Positions 1 to 10,660 of a stretch of DNA of 64,000 nucleotides are shown here, piece by piece. Source of the DNA: an uncultured bacterium (lineage in GTDB: Bacteria > Zixibacteria > MSB-5A5 > JAABVY01 > JAHJOQ01); NCBI GenBank assembly GCA_965369655.1, contig CBDUQR010000001.1, positions 32,001 through 96,000 on the forward strand. The letters run 5' to 3'. The translations under genes and the position numbers were made by a program. Numbering within the stretch: position 1 is the stretch's first letter; each line of letters begins with the position of its first letter. The notes under the pieces were generated by a model. The model saw nothing but the letters and a program-made list of their open reading frames with translations. It had not been told where the DNA came from and made no database searches.

Positions 1-260
1 ATATTGTCAATGCTGAGAGATCGCTCGATCAGATATCCGGTGAAAAACTCCAGCGCGACTTCGGACCCGCGCCAGAAATAGACACCTACGTTGAAGATGA
101 GGGCCACTACGATCCAGATAGCGCTCCAGATCAAGCCCTCTTTGATCGAGATCTCATGGTCCTTCCGATGGAACACTCCGAGGTCAATGGCGAGCATCAA
201 CAGGACGAGTATGTTGAAACCGATCCAGAGGAAGTATTTGTTGGAGAGCAGTTCAACCAT
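1..260 (-). CDS. TerC/Alx family membrane protein (5' part, runs off window)
   Basis: Manual translation from ATG at 260: MVELLSNKYFLWIGFNILVLLMLAIDLGVFHRKDHEISIKEGLIWS...EFFTGYLIERSLSIDN; DLG and GYLIExSLSxDN motifs typical of TerC. Not in ORF track. Confidence 0.9.
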   Translation of the reverse strand, partial: MVELLSNKYFLWIGFNILVLLMLAIDLGVFHRKDHEISIKEGLIWSAIWIVVALIFNVGVYFWRGSEVALEFFTGYLIERSLSIDN

Positions 261-435
261 TCAAGCGAGCACCAGTCAAGCCGGTCCATGATGTCGCGGG
301 TGGCCGCGATCAGACATATAGCGGGCATCGATACATCAGCCCACTCGTTTCATGGCCGCCAATATACGGAAAGCCGTCATACTATCAACCATAATCGGAG
401 TCAGAGGAACCTGAATCAGGCTATTGGGGGTGGAA

Positions 436-1341
436 TCAGCCTCGGATGATCTTGCCGACCATATCGGAGATCACAACGAGACCTACGAGTTTCGTCCCTC
501 TCACGACAGGAACTCGGTAGATATCTTTGAAGAGCATCATTGCGGCTAACTCGGTAACCGAGGAATCCTCCTCAACAGGATAGATGTCGGTGCTCATCAG
601 TTCCTTGACGGTGATTTTGTCCTCCATCTTGAGGAGATCCTCGAACGGCTCTGCTTCGTAGCTGAGGGCGAGATTTGTGATGAGAGATTTGTAGTCGGGC
701 ATTGCCGCTCGTATCAGGTCACGATTGGTGATCTCCCCCAGGACATCCCCTTCGGCATTTACGACCGGCAGGCCGGATATCCTGTGCTTGAAAAGGAGAT
801 TCGCGACCTCTTTGAGAGTGGTGTCAGGCGTGACAGTAACCGGATCTGCCTCCATGATATCTTTGGCCGTCAGCTCTTTCTTGAGCTCTATCCCTGATGA
901 CGCTATCAGTTCGATAACATGTTCGGGAGTCTCAGCCCGCAGAATCGACGACCGATTCTCAGGATCACGTGCGAACGCGACGAGCCCCGACAGAGTCTGG
1001 AGATAGAATTTCGATATATTTTGCGGAGTCAGCATCAGGCACATTATCCTGAGCGGCTCGCCATCCATAGTATCATCACCCAAGCCAGTGGTCGAAATTC
1101 CAAGAGCCACATACATGCGATCAACCTTGTTGGTGCGAGCGTGGGGGAACGAGAAGCCCCTGCCGTACGATGTGTTCTCGACTTCCTCTCGTTCGAATAT
1201 CGAGTTCATTATGGACTGCCGTTCGAGTGACGGGTATTTGCTGACAATCAGGTCGAGCAACTCTACTATTGCCTCAGATTTTGAAGAAGCTTCGAGGTGG
1301 GTACTTATCAAATCGGGTTCGAGAAGTCTGGTTAGCTTCAT
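436..1341 (-). CDS. PTS EIIA (Fru/Mtl/Ntr-type) domain fused to a tandem CBS pair
   Basis: N-term EREEVENT..G.GFSFPHAR (phospho-His motif); C-term two CBS repeats (TAKDIM..PVTV, HRISGLPVV, IYRVPVV). Confidence 0.85.
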   Translation of the reverse strand: MKLTRLLEPDLISTHLEASSKSEAIVELLDLIVSKYPSLERQSIMNSIFEREEVENTSYGRGFSFPHARTNKVDRMYVALGISTTGLGDDTMDGEPLRIMCLMLTPQNISKFYLQTLSGLVAFARDPENRSSILRAETPEHVIELIASSGIELKKELTAKDIMEADPVTVTPDTTLKEVANLLFKHRISGLPVVNAEGDVLGEITNRDLIRAAMPDYKSLITNLALSYEAEPFEDLLKMEDKITVKELMSTDIYPVEEDSSVTELAAMMLFKDIYRVPVVRGTKLVGLVVISDMVGKIIRG

Positions 1342-1979
1342 GACTTATCCGTCCCATCGACTTCTTTGGAAGCGAGCATTTCGGTGGGACACGCTACCCC
1401 GCCGGAGACCAGGAATTTCACAGCCTCTTCCACCGGCATATCTGACTGCCTGATGTCCTCCTTCGGGATCATCGCCATAAACCCGGTAAATGGTGTCGGA
1501 GTTGACGGTATGAAAACGGCAATACGCTCACCATCTATTCCTCTTTTGTTAAGATCGACATTCTGCGCCAGAAATCCAATCACCCAGACTCCCTTTCTCG
1601 GATACTCCACGAAAGCAACCCGCTTGAAAGAAGACTTCGACCGGAGTGTGAAAGTTTCCAGAAGCTGCTTCGCCGGAGTGTAGACCGTTCTTACGACGGG
1701 AACCCTTGTCAGGAAGCTTTCCCAGGCACGAACGAGCCGACCACCGACGACACTCCGCGCAAGAATACCGACGATCAGCACCAGCAGAATAGTCACTGCG
1801 ATACCGAGCCCAGGTATTCTGTACCCGAGGTATTTTGTCACGATCGGATTCAGCATTCCATCGAGTTTGGAGAGCAGGTAGCTCAGTACCTGATAAGAGA
1901 TCACAAGTGGGACTGTAACGAGTAGTCCGGAGATGAAGCGGTTCCTGACCGTGCTGGCTATTGATCTGGCGACTGACAT
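1338..1979 (-). CDS. DUF502 family membrane protein
   Basis: RFISGLLVTVPL, VEYPRKG, VFIPSTPTPFTG, VKFLVSGG motifs. Confidence 0.85.
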   Translation of the reverse strand: MSVARSIASTVRNRFISGLLVTVPLVISYQVLSYLLSKLDGMLNPIVTKYLGYRIPGLGIAVTILLVLIVGILARSVVGGRLVRAWESFLTRVPVVRTVYTPAKQLLETFTLRSKSSFKRVAFVEYPRKGVWVIGFLAQNVDLNKRGIDGERIAVFIPSTPTPFTGFMAMIPKEDIRQSDMPVEEAVKFLVSGGVACPTEMLASKEVDGTDKS

Positions 1980-2028
1980 ACGAACTGTCCGAAATATAAG
2001 AAACGGGACGGCATGTCAAGAGATTTGA

Positions 2029-3516
2029 TCACCCTCCGAAAACGGAAGCTGCCTTCTCCGCGAGAGACACAAACGGCTGCGGATAGCATCCGATGATTAT
2101 CGTGCAAAACGCGGTCACGGCAATCGTGGCATACAACAGCGGCGAAATCCGGACTTTGTCATCAGTTGTAGGCTCGATGAAATACATTTGACGAATAATG
2201 GATGCGTAGTAAAACAGTGCAATCACAGAGGTAAGTACACCTACAAGCACGAGCCAGAGATATCCTCCTGCTGCGATCACAGACGCGAAGACGTAGTACT
2301 TGGCGAGGAATCCAACCAGCGGTGGAATTCCCGCGAGAGACAACAGGAATATCGACATTGTCGCGGCGAGCACCGGTGATTTTCTCGCGAGACCCGCATA
2401 ATCTTTGATCTTGTCCGATCCGTAGTGGTGAGAGAACGCTATGGCGACCGCAAAAGCTCCCATGTTGGCGAACATGTAACCGAAGATATAGAACGACATC
2501 GACGATACTCCGAGATCCCATGGCCGGGTATTAGTGAGAGACACATAACTCGACATGGCGACAAGACCGATCAGGATGTACCCTACCTGAGCGATCGAAG
2601 AATACGCGAGCATTCTCTTGATATCAGATTGCAATACGGCTGAGATGTTGCCGACTATCATCGCGAGCGCCGCAAGCACTGCGATGACAATCCCCCAGTC
2701 ATCCATGAATGCATCGACTCCGAACGCACCGACCAAGATCCTGACGAGCGCCGCGAGTCCCGCAGCCTTGGAAGCTACTGACAGATATGACGTTATAGGA
2801 GTAGGCGCTCCCTGATAAACATCAGGCGCCCACATGTGGAACGGCACGACAGCCAGTTTGAAACTCAGCCCGGCGATAATCATCACCATGCCGAGGACAT
2901 GCACATCCCACGCGACTTTAATCAACCCTCTGCTGAGTTTCATCTGGAGAACATCGCGAATCTGGGCGAGATCGGTTGTCCCTGTGACGCCGTAGGTCAG
3001 ACTCATTCCGTACAAGAGAATCGCCGATGAGATAGCTCCGAGGATCAGATACTTAAGTCCCGCCTCCGCCGATTCAACCGCATTCTTGCGATACGCCGCG
3101 AGTACGAACAAGCCGATTGTTGTCAGTTCGAGCGCGACATACAGAGAAATCAACTCGCCAGCCGATGCGAGGAACATCATACCGACGGTTGTCAACAGGA
3201 TGAGGCCGTAGTACTCCCCTCGATTGTACTGTAGTCGGGACGTGAGCGAACCGGAACTGGCGACGGCAATCATTGTCGATGCTACAAATACAATCTTAAA
3301 AAAGAGGGCGAAACCATCAGAGATAAAAGAATTCCCAAAAGTCCGGCCTTCCGGCACAAGACAGATCAACACCAGGGTAATCGCGAGCCCGAGCAGGGAA
3401 ACATACGCGAGAATATCCTTCCTTCCCTTGAGGAAGAAGAGGTCTATGACAAAGACCAGAATCGCCCACAGGAAGAGGAACAACTCAGGCGTCAGCAGCG
3501 CGAAATCGGGAATCAT
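2029..3516 (-). CDS. nuoN: NADH-quinone oxidoreductase subunit N
   Basis: EAGLKYLILGA, FKLAVVPFHMWAPDVYQGAP, KRMLAYSSIAQ; operon position. Confidence 0.95.
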   Translation of the reverse strand: MIPDFALLTPELFLFLWAILVFVIDLFFLKGRKDILAYVSLLGLAITLVLICLVPEGRTFGNSFISDGFALFFKIVFVASTMIAVASSGSLTSRLQYNRGEYYGLILLTTVGMMFLASAGELISLYVALELTTIGLFVLAAYRKNAVESAEAGLKYLILGAISSAILLYGMSLTYGVTGTTDLAQIRDVLQMKLSRGLIKVAWDVHVLGMVMIIAGLSFKLAVVPFHMWAPDVYQGAPTPITSYLSVASKAAGLAALVRILVGAFGVDAFMDDWGIVIAVLAALAMIVGNISAVLQSDIKRMLAYSSIAQVGYILIGLVAMSSYVSLTNTRPWDLGVSSMSFYIFGYMFANMGAFAVAIAFSHHYGSDKIKDYAGLARKSPVLAATMSIFLLSLAGIPPLVGFLAKYYVFASVIAAGGYLWLVLVGVLTSVIALFYYASIIRQMYFIEPTTDDKVRISPLLYATIAVTAFCTIIIGCYPQPFVSLAEKAASVFGG

Positions 3517-5010
3517 CTATCTCCCCACCAGATTGACAATGTTCTCGAGTGTAGCGGCCATAAGATTTGCTAATGGCTTGGGATATATACCGATTGCGAG
3601 CGTCAGGATCAGGAGCGGCGCAACGCAGAATATCTCTCTGGCGTTGATATCCGTTAATCCGTCCCATTTTGTATTGAACGGACCGAGGAATATCCTTTGT
3701 ACCATTCTCAGCATATATCCGGCTGTCAGGACGACGCCGATCACGCCTATGCCGGTGAGGATCGGATACTTTGCGAACCCGCCGACGAAGACGAGAAATT
3801 CCGATATGAATCCTGAGAGTCCCGGAAGTCCGAGCGACGCCATCGCGAAGAATGTCATCAACGATCCATAGACCGGTATCTTGGACCAGAGACCGCCGAA
3901 TGCCGCTATCTCGCGGGTATGAGCCCTGTCATAAAGCACGCCGACCAGAAGGAAGAGTGCGCCTGTTATCAGGCCATGAGAGAACATCTGGAACATGCAC
4001 CCGGATAAGCCGGTGATGAACGGCTTGCCGTCAATCGATATGAAGAATACCGACATGCCGAGCAGGCAGAAGCCCATATGCGACACCGACGAATACGCCA
4101 CGAGTTTTTTCAGGTCTTTCTGCGCCATCGACACCATTGCGCCGTAGATGATGCCGACCACTCCGAGGACAGCCAGCATCAGCGAGAAGTAGTTCGTGCC
4201 GAACGGCAACATCGGATATGATATTCGAAGTATACCATACGTTCCCATCTTAAGCAGCACGCCCGCAAGGATTACAGAGACTGCCGTGGGAGCCTCGACA
4301 TGAGCGTCGGGCAACCATGTATGGAACGGGAAGACCGGGACCTTGATTGCGAACGCGATGAAGAAGAATATCCAGACAAGTATCTGGAGGTCCTTGCCGA
4401 ACGTTGGACCGAGTCTGATCAATTCCATAATGCTCAGCGTATGCGGGTCGGTGTTGAAATACAGAAGCAGTATTCCGACCAGCATGAATATCGAACCGAA
4501 GAGCGTGTACAGGAAGAACTTGATCGCAGCGTAAATTTTCCTCGGACCTCCCCAGATGCCGATCAGGAAGTACATCGGTACGAGCATGATCTCCCAGAAT
4601 ACGTAGAAGAGGAAGAAATCGAGCGCAGCGAAAACGCCCATCATGCCAACTTCGAGCAGGAGGAAAAATACGAAATACTCTTTGACGCGATCCGTGATGT
4701 TGAACGAAGCGACTATCGAGATAAACGACAACAGCGCCGTCAGGAACAGCATCGGCACGGAGATGCCATCCGCTCCGAGATGATAGTGGACATTGAGCGA
4801 CGGAATCCATAAGTGCTGCTCGACAAATTGAAGCTGAGATGTCGTCCAGTCGTACTGAGCCAGCATGAGAAACGACAGAATCAGTGGTACGAGCGAGAAG
4901 AATGCGGCCGTATATCGTATCAACTGTACCTGTGATTGTTTAAGCATCATGACGACTATCATCCCGAGCAACGGGACAAATACCATCAAGGTCAGAAGCG
5001 GTATATCCAT
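3517..5010 (-). CDS. nuoM: NADH-quinone oxidoreductase subunit M
   Basis: FYVFWE, AIKVPVFPFHTWLPDAHVEAPT, LKKLVAYSSVSHMG. Confidence 0.95.
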   Translation of the reverse strand: MDIPLLTLMVFVPLLGMIVVMMLKQSQVQLIRYTAAFFSLVPLILSFLMLAQYDWTTSQLQFVEQHLWIPSLNVHYHLGADGISVPMLFLTALLSFISIVASFNITDRVKEYFVFFLLLEVGMMGVFAALDFFLFYVFWEIMLVPMYFLIGIWGGPRKIYAAIKFFLYTLFGSIFMLVGILLLYFNTDPHTLSIMELIRLGPTFGKDLQILVWIFFFIAFAIKVPVFPFHTWLPDAHVEAPTAVSVILAGVLLKMGTYGILRISYPMLPFGTNYFSLMLAVLGVVGIIYGAMVSMAQKDLKKLVAYSSVSHMGFCLLGMSVFFISIDGKPFITGLSGCMFQMFSHGLITGALFLLVGVLYDRAHTREIAAFGGLWSKIPVYGSLMTFFAMASLGLPGLSGFISEFLVFVGGFAKYPILTGIGVIGVVLTAGYMLRMVQRIFLGPFNTKWDGLTDINAREIFCVAPLLILTLAIGIYPKPLANLMAATLENIVNLVGR

Positions 5011-5033
5011 CGAAATCTCCTTCTATATCTCAA

Positions 5034-6959
5034 CTAGAACACATTCAGCATTATAGCCAGCGCCACCACCACACCGCCGAATATCACGAAGGCGTAGTTC
5101 TGTACTCTTCCTGTCTGCGCCTGTCGGATCATCGAGCCGACGCCCCAGATCGTGTACCCCGATCCGTTGACTATGCCGTCGACAACGTACCTGTCAAACA
5201 GGTCATGCAGCCACGACAGGAGAAGCGTGAGTCTGGCGACCCCGTTTACGATTCCATCGATGACCACGTTATCAAAACTCCACATGAATCTGCAGAATGC
5301 CAGCAGCGGTCTTATTATGATGAAATCATATATCTCATCGAAGTAATACTTGTTCAATAGAAGCGTATATATCGGTTTGAAACGTTCGCCCATTTTCTGC
5401 GGCGAGATCACGCCTTTGCCGTACATCAGCCAGCCCAACACAATGCCCGAACCGGCGACGATTGTCGAGACAAGCATCAGCAGGTAGTCGGCGTGGCCGT
5501 GATGAGGATGATGATGATAAACGAAGCTCCCGAAGCCTTTCGGCAGCCACGGCATGCCGACCCAGCCGGCGAATATCGCGAGAAACGCCAGAATCATCAG
5601 CGGGACGGTCATTGTCTTTGGAGACTCGTGAGCGTGATCGTAATACTCCTGCACGCGCGGCTTGCCGAAAAATGTCATGAAACAGAGCCGGGTCATATAG
5701 AACGCAGTCATGAATGCGACAGCAAGCGCGATAATCATAAAGATCGGATAGCCGTGCGTCGCCGCGATGATTTCGTCTTTTGACCAGAAACCTGAGAGCG
5801 GGAATATTCCCGCGAGCGACAGGGAGCCAATCAGGAACGTTACGGTAGTGATCTTCATCTTGCTCGCCAGTCCGCCCATGTCGCGGATATCCTGAGTGTG
5901 CGCCGCGTGAATCACACTTCCTGCTCCGAGGAAGAGAAGTGCCTTGAAAAATGCGTGTGTTGTGAGATGAAAGATGCCTGCGGTCATCGATCCAAGACCG
6001 ATCGCCATTATCATGTAGCCGAGCTGTGAACAGGTCGAATATGCAAGAACGCGTTTGATATCGTTTTGTACAAGTGCGATTGTCGCAGTCAAGAGCGCTG
6101 TGATTGCGCCGATGGTGGCAACGACCATCGCCGCCGAATCGGATGCTGCGAATATCGTCGCGCTGCGTGCCGCCAGGTAGACGCCTGCGGCGACCATTGT
6201 TGCGGCGTGAATCAGCGCCGAGACAGGAGTAGGACCCTCCATCGCGTCCGGCAGCCAGACATGCAGCGGGAACTGGGCTGATTTGCCTATGGCTCCGCAG
6301 AATATGAATATGCCGATCACGGCCAGGATACCTGTCGGAATATGACCCTGTTCAATCAACTCAAATACTTCGTGGTAATTCAACGTCCCGGCATAGGCGA
6401 CGAGCATCAGTATCCCGATGATAAATCCGAGATCGCCGATTCTCGTAGTGATGAATGCCTTCTTGCCCGCATCTGAAGCCGATTTCTTCTCGTAAAAGAA
6501 TCCGATCAGCAGGTACGAGGTCAGCCCGACCAACTCCCAGAAGATGAATATCATGAAGAAGTTGTTGGCAAGCACGAGGCCGAGCATCGAGAATGTGAAC
6601 AGCGACATGAACGAGAAGTACCGCGAGAATCTCGGATCGCCGTGCATGTAACCGATGGAATATATCTGCACAAGAGAGCTGACGATGCATACCACCATCA
6701 GCATGATCGCAGTCAGCGGATCGATCAGGATGCCGATTTCCAGGTGGAATCCGGCCAGCTCCAACCACTTGAATGACATCTCGAATGGCTCGGGGTTGCC
6801 GATCACTTCAATGAGAATCGCGATGGAATATGCCAGCCCCGCAAGAATCGCACCTATCGAAATCCAGGACGAGAGCTTTTCATTCCAGCGCGTGGCGAAG
6901 ATTATTATCACAAAAGCGAGAGCCGGTAGCGCCGGTATGATCCATGAATTCTCGAGCAT
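5034..6959 (-). CDS. nuoL: NADH-quinone oxidoreductase subunit L
   Basis: GKSAQFPLHVWLPDAMEGPTPVSALIHAATMV, THAFFKALLFL. Confidence 0.95.
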   Translation of the reverse strand: MLENSWIIPALPALAFVIIIFATRWNEKLSSWISIGAILAGLAYSIAILIEVIGNPEPFEMSFKWLELAGFHLEIGILIDPLTAIMLMVVCIVSSLVQIYSIGYMHGDPRFSRYFSFMSLFTFSMLGLVLANNFFMIFIFWELVGLTSYLLIGFFYEKKSASDAGKKAFITTRIGDLGFIIGILMLVAYAGTLNYHEVFELIEQGHIPTGILAVIGIFIFCGAIGKSAQFPLHVWLPDAMEGPTPVSALIHAATMVAAGVYLAARSATIFAASDSAAMVVATIGAITALLTATIALVQNDIKRVLAYSTCSQLGYMIMAIGLGSMTAGIFHLTTHAFFKALLFLGAGSVIHAAHTQDIRDMGGLASKMKITTVTFLIGSLSLAGIFPLSGFWSKDEIIAATHGYPIFMIIALAVAFMTAFYMTRLCFMTFFGKPRVQEYYDHAHESPKTMTVPLMILAFLAIFAGWVGMPWLPKGFGSFVYHHHPHHGHADYLLMLVSTIVAGSGIVLGWLMYGKGVISPQKMGERFKPIYTLLLNKYYFDEIYDFIIIRPLLAFCRFMWSFDNVVIDGIVNGVARLTLLLSWLHDLFDRYVVDGIVNGSGYTIWGVGSMIRQAQTGRVQNYAFVIFGGVVVALAIMLNVF

Positions 6960-6963
6960 ATTT

Positions 6964-7275
6964 CTACCACTTCATCAGGTTGATGCGGTCTACGAATATC
7001 TCCTTGAAATTTCTGTAAATCAGGAGAACGATCGCTAAGCCGACTGTCGCCTCAGCGGCGGCTATGGCAATCACAAACACGGCAAACACCTGGCCGGTGA
7101 TTGCGACCGGTTCTATAAACTTGGCGAATGCGACGAAATTGATATTGACGGCGTTGAACATCAGTTCGATCGACATCAATACAGCGATTGCATTCCGGCG
7201 CGTCAGAGCGCCATACATGCCGATTGAGAACAGCACTGCCGCGAGCGCCAGAAAATGTATCAGCCCGATCTGCAT
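6964..7275 (-). CDS. nuoK: NADH-quinone oxidoreductase subunit K
   Basis: [24 protein letters not shown]. Confidence 0.95.
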   Translation of the reverse strand: MQIGLIHFLALAAVLFSIGMYGALTRRNAIAVLMSIELMFNAVNINFVAFAKFIEPVAITGQVFAVFVIAIAAAEATVGLAIVLLIYRNFKEIFVDRINLMKW

Positions 7276-7797
7276 CTATTCACCATCCTTCTTAGCCAAT
7301 ACTACGGCGCCAATTAGTGCAACCAGCAGCAGTACAGACACTAACTCAAAAGGTAGTACGAAATCGGTCAAAAGGAGTTTGCCGAGCATATGGGGCGAAC
7401 TGCCGGTTACATACGGGTAGTCCGCCAGCGGGAATCCGCCTTTGACTACCATTGTCTTCAGAATCGATCCCACGATCATCAGCAGGAAGCAGAAAGCGAC
7501 GAGCGCACCGAGTGGACGCTGCTCATTCTCCTGCTTGATGCCGCTCTGCGCCATCCGAGCGGTGAGCATGACCGCGAAGATCATCAGTACCGCGACGCCA
7601 CCGGCATATACTAACACCTGTACAGCAGCGAGGAATTCGGCGTCAGCAATAATGAATATACCGGCGACTGCGAACAGGCAAAGCACAAGAAACAGCGCGG
7701 CGTGGAAAATATTCCTGACGGTGACAACCATTATTGCAGAAATGATCGTCACGAAAGCTATCACCCAGAATACTAATGACGCAGTCTCAGAAAGCAT
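7276..7797 (-). CDS. nuoJ: NADH-quinone oxidoreductase subunit J
   Basis: AEFLAAVQVLVYAGG, PFELVSVLLLVALIGAV. Confidence 0.95.
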   Translation of the reverse strand: MLSETASLVFWVIAFVTIISAIMVVTVRNIFHAALFLVLCLFAVAGIFIIADAEFLAAVQVLVYAGGVAVLMIFAVMLTARMAQSGIKQENEQRPLGALVAFCFLLMIVGSILKTMVVKGGFPLADYPYVTGSSPHMLGKLLLTDFVLPFELVSVLLLVALIGAVVLAKKDGE

Positions 7798-7798
7798 A

Positions 7799-8461
7799 TC
7801 AACTATCCAACGTCGAATCGGGTTTGTCAGGTTTCAGCGGAAGCTCTGCCTGTCTTGGCGGAGCCTCATCCATATTAGTCGATTTCGCATCCGTCGCATC
7901 AGCAGCGGGCTTTTCCTCAGTCTTTGCCAAAGCTTCGGGAACGGTCTTGTCAGTAGCTGCTTTTTCAGCAGGCTTGGCAGCCGGTTTGGCGACAGGCTTC
8001 TTCTTCGGCCTCGGAGTATATGGAACGTCTCTGCCAAGCTCCTGCAATCTGTTCATGTCGTAGATCAGTTCACTCTGATCGTATACCGAGAATTCATACA
8101 TCGTCGCCATCTTGAGCGCGGCAAAATTGCACGCCTCCTCGCAAAGTCCGCAGAAGCAGCATATTGTATTGTCAACGGTGAATGATGTTGGATACCAGCG
8201 CTTCTGCTCGTTCTTTTCGCGGTTGATAATAATCGCGGCCGTCGGGCATGCTTTCTGGCAGAGCATGCAGGCCGTACAATTGAGCTTGCCCGTCTCCTTA
8301 TCCGACAGCAGGACGACAATACCGCGCGAACGCTCCGGCATCTCCCATCTCTCATCAGGATACTGGAGAGTGACTGCTCTCTCCGGCAACCGTTTAGCGG
8401 TCACACCGAGTCCGAGGAGCAGATTGTAGATTCCGTCTTTGATGTCTTTGAGCAAAACCAT
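7799..8461 (-). CDS. nuoI: NADH-quinone oxidoreductase subunit I with low-complexity C-terminal tail
   Basis: VTLQYP; CTACMLCQKACP and CCFCGLCEEAC 4Fe-4S motifs; start placed at ATG 8461. Confidence 0.9.
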   Translation of the reverse strand: MVLLKDIKDGIYNLLLGLGVTAKRLPERAVTLQYPDERWEMPERSRGIVVLLSDKETGKLNCTACMLCQKACPTAAIIINREKNEQKRWYPTSFTVDNTICCFCGLCEEACNFAALKMATMYEFSVYDQSELIYDMNRLQELGRDVPYTPRPKKKPVAKPAAKPAEKAATDKTVPEALAKTEEKPAADATDAKSTNMDEAPPRQAELPLKPDKPDSTLDS

Positions 8462-8465
8462 ATTT

Positions 8466-9503
8466 CTATCCGAACATCTCATTCCAGACATACCAGCCGA
8501 TTCCCGTGAGTATCAGATTCAGGAACGCCAGTGGCAGGAGCCATTTCCATGCGAATTCCATCAGGTGATCGACCCTGAGACGGGGATACGTCCATCTGAT
8601 CCACATCAGCACGAACACGATTGCAAGAGTCTTGATCAGGAACCAGAGCCACGACGGTAGTATCGGGCCGTTCCATCCGCCGAGGAACAACGTCGTGGCA
8701 ATCGCCGATACAGTGAACATGTTCAGGAACTCCGCCAGGAAGAACATGGCGAATTTCATCCCGGAGTATTCGACGTTGAACCCTGCGACCAACTCCTGTT
8801 CCGCTTCGGGAAGATCGAACGGAGTCCTGTTGGCTTCCGCAGTGGCTGCAATCATGTAAATCACAAACGCGAGCGGCTGTTTCCAGATGTACCAGTTCAG
8901 GATTCCATCCTGCTTGGCGACGATCCCCTGCATCGACATGGTCTCGGCGAGCATCAGGACGCCGAGTATCGACACGACCAGGGGGACCTCGTATGAAATC
9001 ACCTGCGCCGCCGAGCGCATTCCACCGAGCAGGGCCCACTTGTTGTTCGATCCCCAACCCGCCATCAGAAGGCTGATAACCGTAAATGTCGTAATTGCAA
9101 TTATGTAAAGGATTCCGATATTCAGATCAGCGGGGATGAGACCGTCACCCCAGGGGATAGCGACATACGCCATGAAGCAGGACGCGTAACAGATGACCGG
9201 CGCCCAGAAGAACACGGGACGATCAGCCTTCGCGGGTGTGATGTCCTCTTTCTGCAGGAGTTTGACGCCGTCCGCAAGAGTCTGAATGACGCCATGCCAG
9301 CCGACCCGCATCGGACCGAGACGATCCTGAATGTGCGCGGATACTTTTCTCTCCCACCAAACAAGAAACAGCGCCATCACTGACAACACGCCGAGCAGGA
9401 CAGCCGCAACCAGAAGATTCACCGTGATCGACAGCCAGACGCCCGAGAGGCCGATACTCTCCAGAAGCTCGCCGACTGCTTCAAAAATCCCGTAGAGTTC
9501 CAT
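8466..9503 (-). CDS. nuoH: NADH-quinone oxidoreductase subunit H
   Basis: ERKVSAHIQDRLGP, AEANRTPFDLPEAEQELVAGF, YPRLRVD. Confidence 0.95.
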   Translation of the reverse strand: MELYGIFEAVGELLESIGLSGVWLSITVNLLVAAVLLGVLSVMALFLVWWERKVSAHIQDRLGPMRVGWHGVIQTLADGVKLLQKEDITPAKADRPVFFWAPVICYASCFMAYVAIPWGDGLIPADLNIGILYIIAITTFTVISLLMAGWGSNNKWALLGGMRSAAQVISYEVPLVVSILGVLMLAETMSMQGIVAKQDGILNWYIWKQPLAFVIYMIAATAEANRTPFDLPEAEQELVAGFNVEYSGMKFAMFFLAEFLNMFTVSAIATTLFLGGWNGPILPSWLWFLIKTLAIVFVLMWIRWTYPRLRVDHLMEFAWKWLLPLAFLNLILTGIGWYVWNEMFG

Positions 9504-10651
9504 TACCTGTCGACCTCCGGCATGATCGCATCAAACGACGCGAAGATGGCCACAAGGTCCGCAATCTTCAGTCCGTTGACGATCTCCGGCAGCACCATGA
9601 TATGATTGTACGACGAACCGCGCAGTTTCACGCGAGTAGGCTTGGCAGTGCCGTCGCTGATGATGTATGCTCCCATCTCTCCACGGGCCGACTCTATTCG
9701 AGTGTAGCATTCGCCAGCCGCAGGTTTGAACGATGGTTTGATTTTGGCTCGGAACTCACCCTCAGGGAGTCCGTCAAGCGCCTGCCTGACGATCTTCACC
9801 GCTTCCCGCATCTCACGAATTCTTACAATGTATCTATCCCATGTATCGCCGACCGTTCCGGTTGGAATGTCAAAGTCAAACTTGTCGTAGAAACCGTAAG
9901 TGTCGTCTTTCCTGAGATCCCATTTCATGCCGCTGCCACGCAGAACCGGTCCCGAGACTCCGTAATCGAGCGCAATATCTATCGGAAGAATGCCGATATT
10001 CTTAGTGCGGGTCAGGAAGATCGGGTTGTACGTCAGCAGGTCTTCATAGTCATCGACCAGCGGCGTGAAGTAATCGAGGAACTCGCGGCACTTTTTCTCG
10101 AAGCCGACAGGCAAATCTCTGGATACACCACCGACTCGAATGTAATTGTAGAGCAGACGCTGCCCGCACGTCATCTCGAAGAGATCCATGATGTATTCGC
10201 GCTCGCGCAGACAGTAGAGAAACGGCGTGATCGCGCCAAGATCGAGCGCGAACGTTGCGAGCCAGACAAGGTGTGATGCAATCCTGTTCAGTTCCACCAT
10301 TATCACCCTGATATATTCTGCGCGTTCGGGCACTTCGACCTGCGCAATCTTCTCGACGCCGAGGCAGAACACCCAGTTGCACGCCATCGACATCAGGTAT
10401 TCAAATCTGTCCATGAGTGGGATTATTTGCGCGTAAGTACGATTCTCTGAAATCTTTTCGATCGCCCTGTGAAGGTACCCGATGTGCGGCTGGCAGTTTT
10501 TGACAACCTCGCCGTCCATCGTCAGGAGAAGTCTGCAGACGCCGTGTGTCGACGGGTGCTGCGGACCCATATTGACGAAGAACTCCTGAGTGTCAAAACC
10601 CGAGTCAGTCGAAATCAGTTGTCCGTTCACAGATTCTGTAATATCGTCCAT
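9503..10651 (-). CDS. nuoD: NADH-quinone oxidoreductase subunit D
   Basis: NMGPQHPSTHGV, GYLHRAIEK, C-terminal EVDR; no Ni-binding CxxC motifs. Confidence 0.95.
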   Translation of the reverse strand: MDDITESVNGQLISTDSGFDTQEFFVNMGPQHPSTHGVCRLLLTMDGEVVKNCQPHIGYLHRAIEKISENRTYAQIIPLMDRFEYLMSMACNWVFCLGVEKIAQVEVPERAEYIRVIMVELNRIASHLVWLATFALDLGAITPFLYCLREREYIMDLFEMTCGQRLLYNYIRVGGVSRDLPVGFEKKCREFLDYFTPLVDDYEDLLTYNPIFLTRTKNIGILPIDIALDYGVSGPVLRGSGMKWDLRKDDTYGFYDKFDFDIPTGTVGDTWDRYIVRIREMREAVKIVRQALDGLPEGEFRAKIKPSFKPAAGECYTRIESARGEMGAYIISDGTAKPTRVKLRGSSYNHIMVLPEIVNGLKIADLVAIFASFDAIMPEVDR

Positions 10652-10660
10652 CTCTGTCCG

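Noticed and set aside
261-435. yybP-ykoY Mn riboswitch upstream of the TerC gene
   Set aside because: Expected GGGGAGUA and GAGACC core elements not found.
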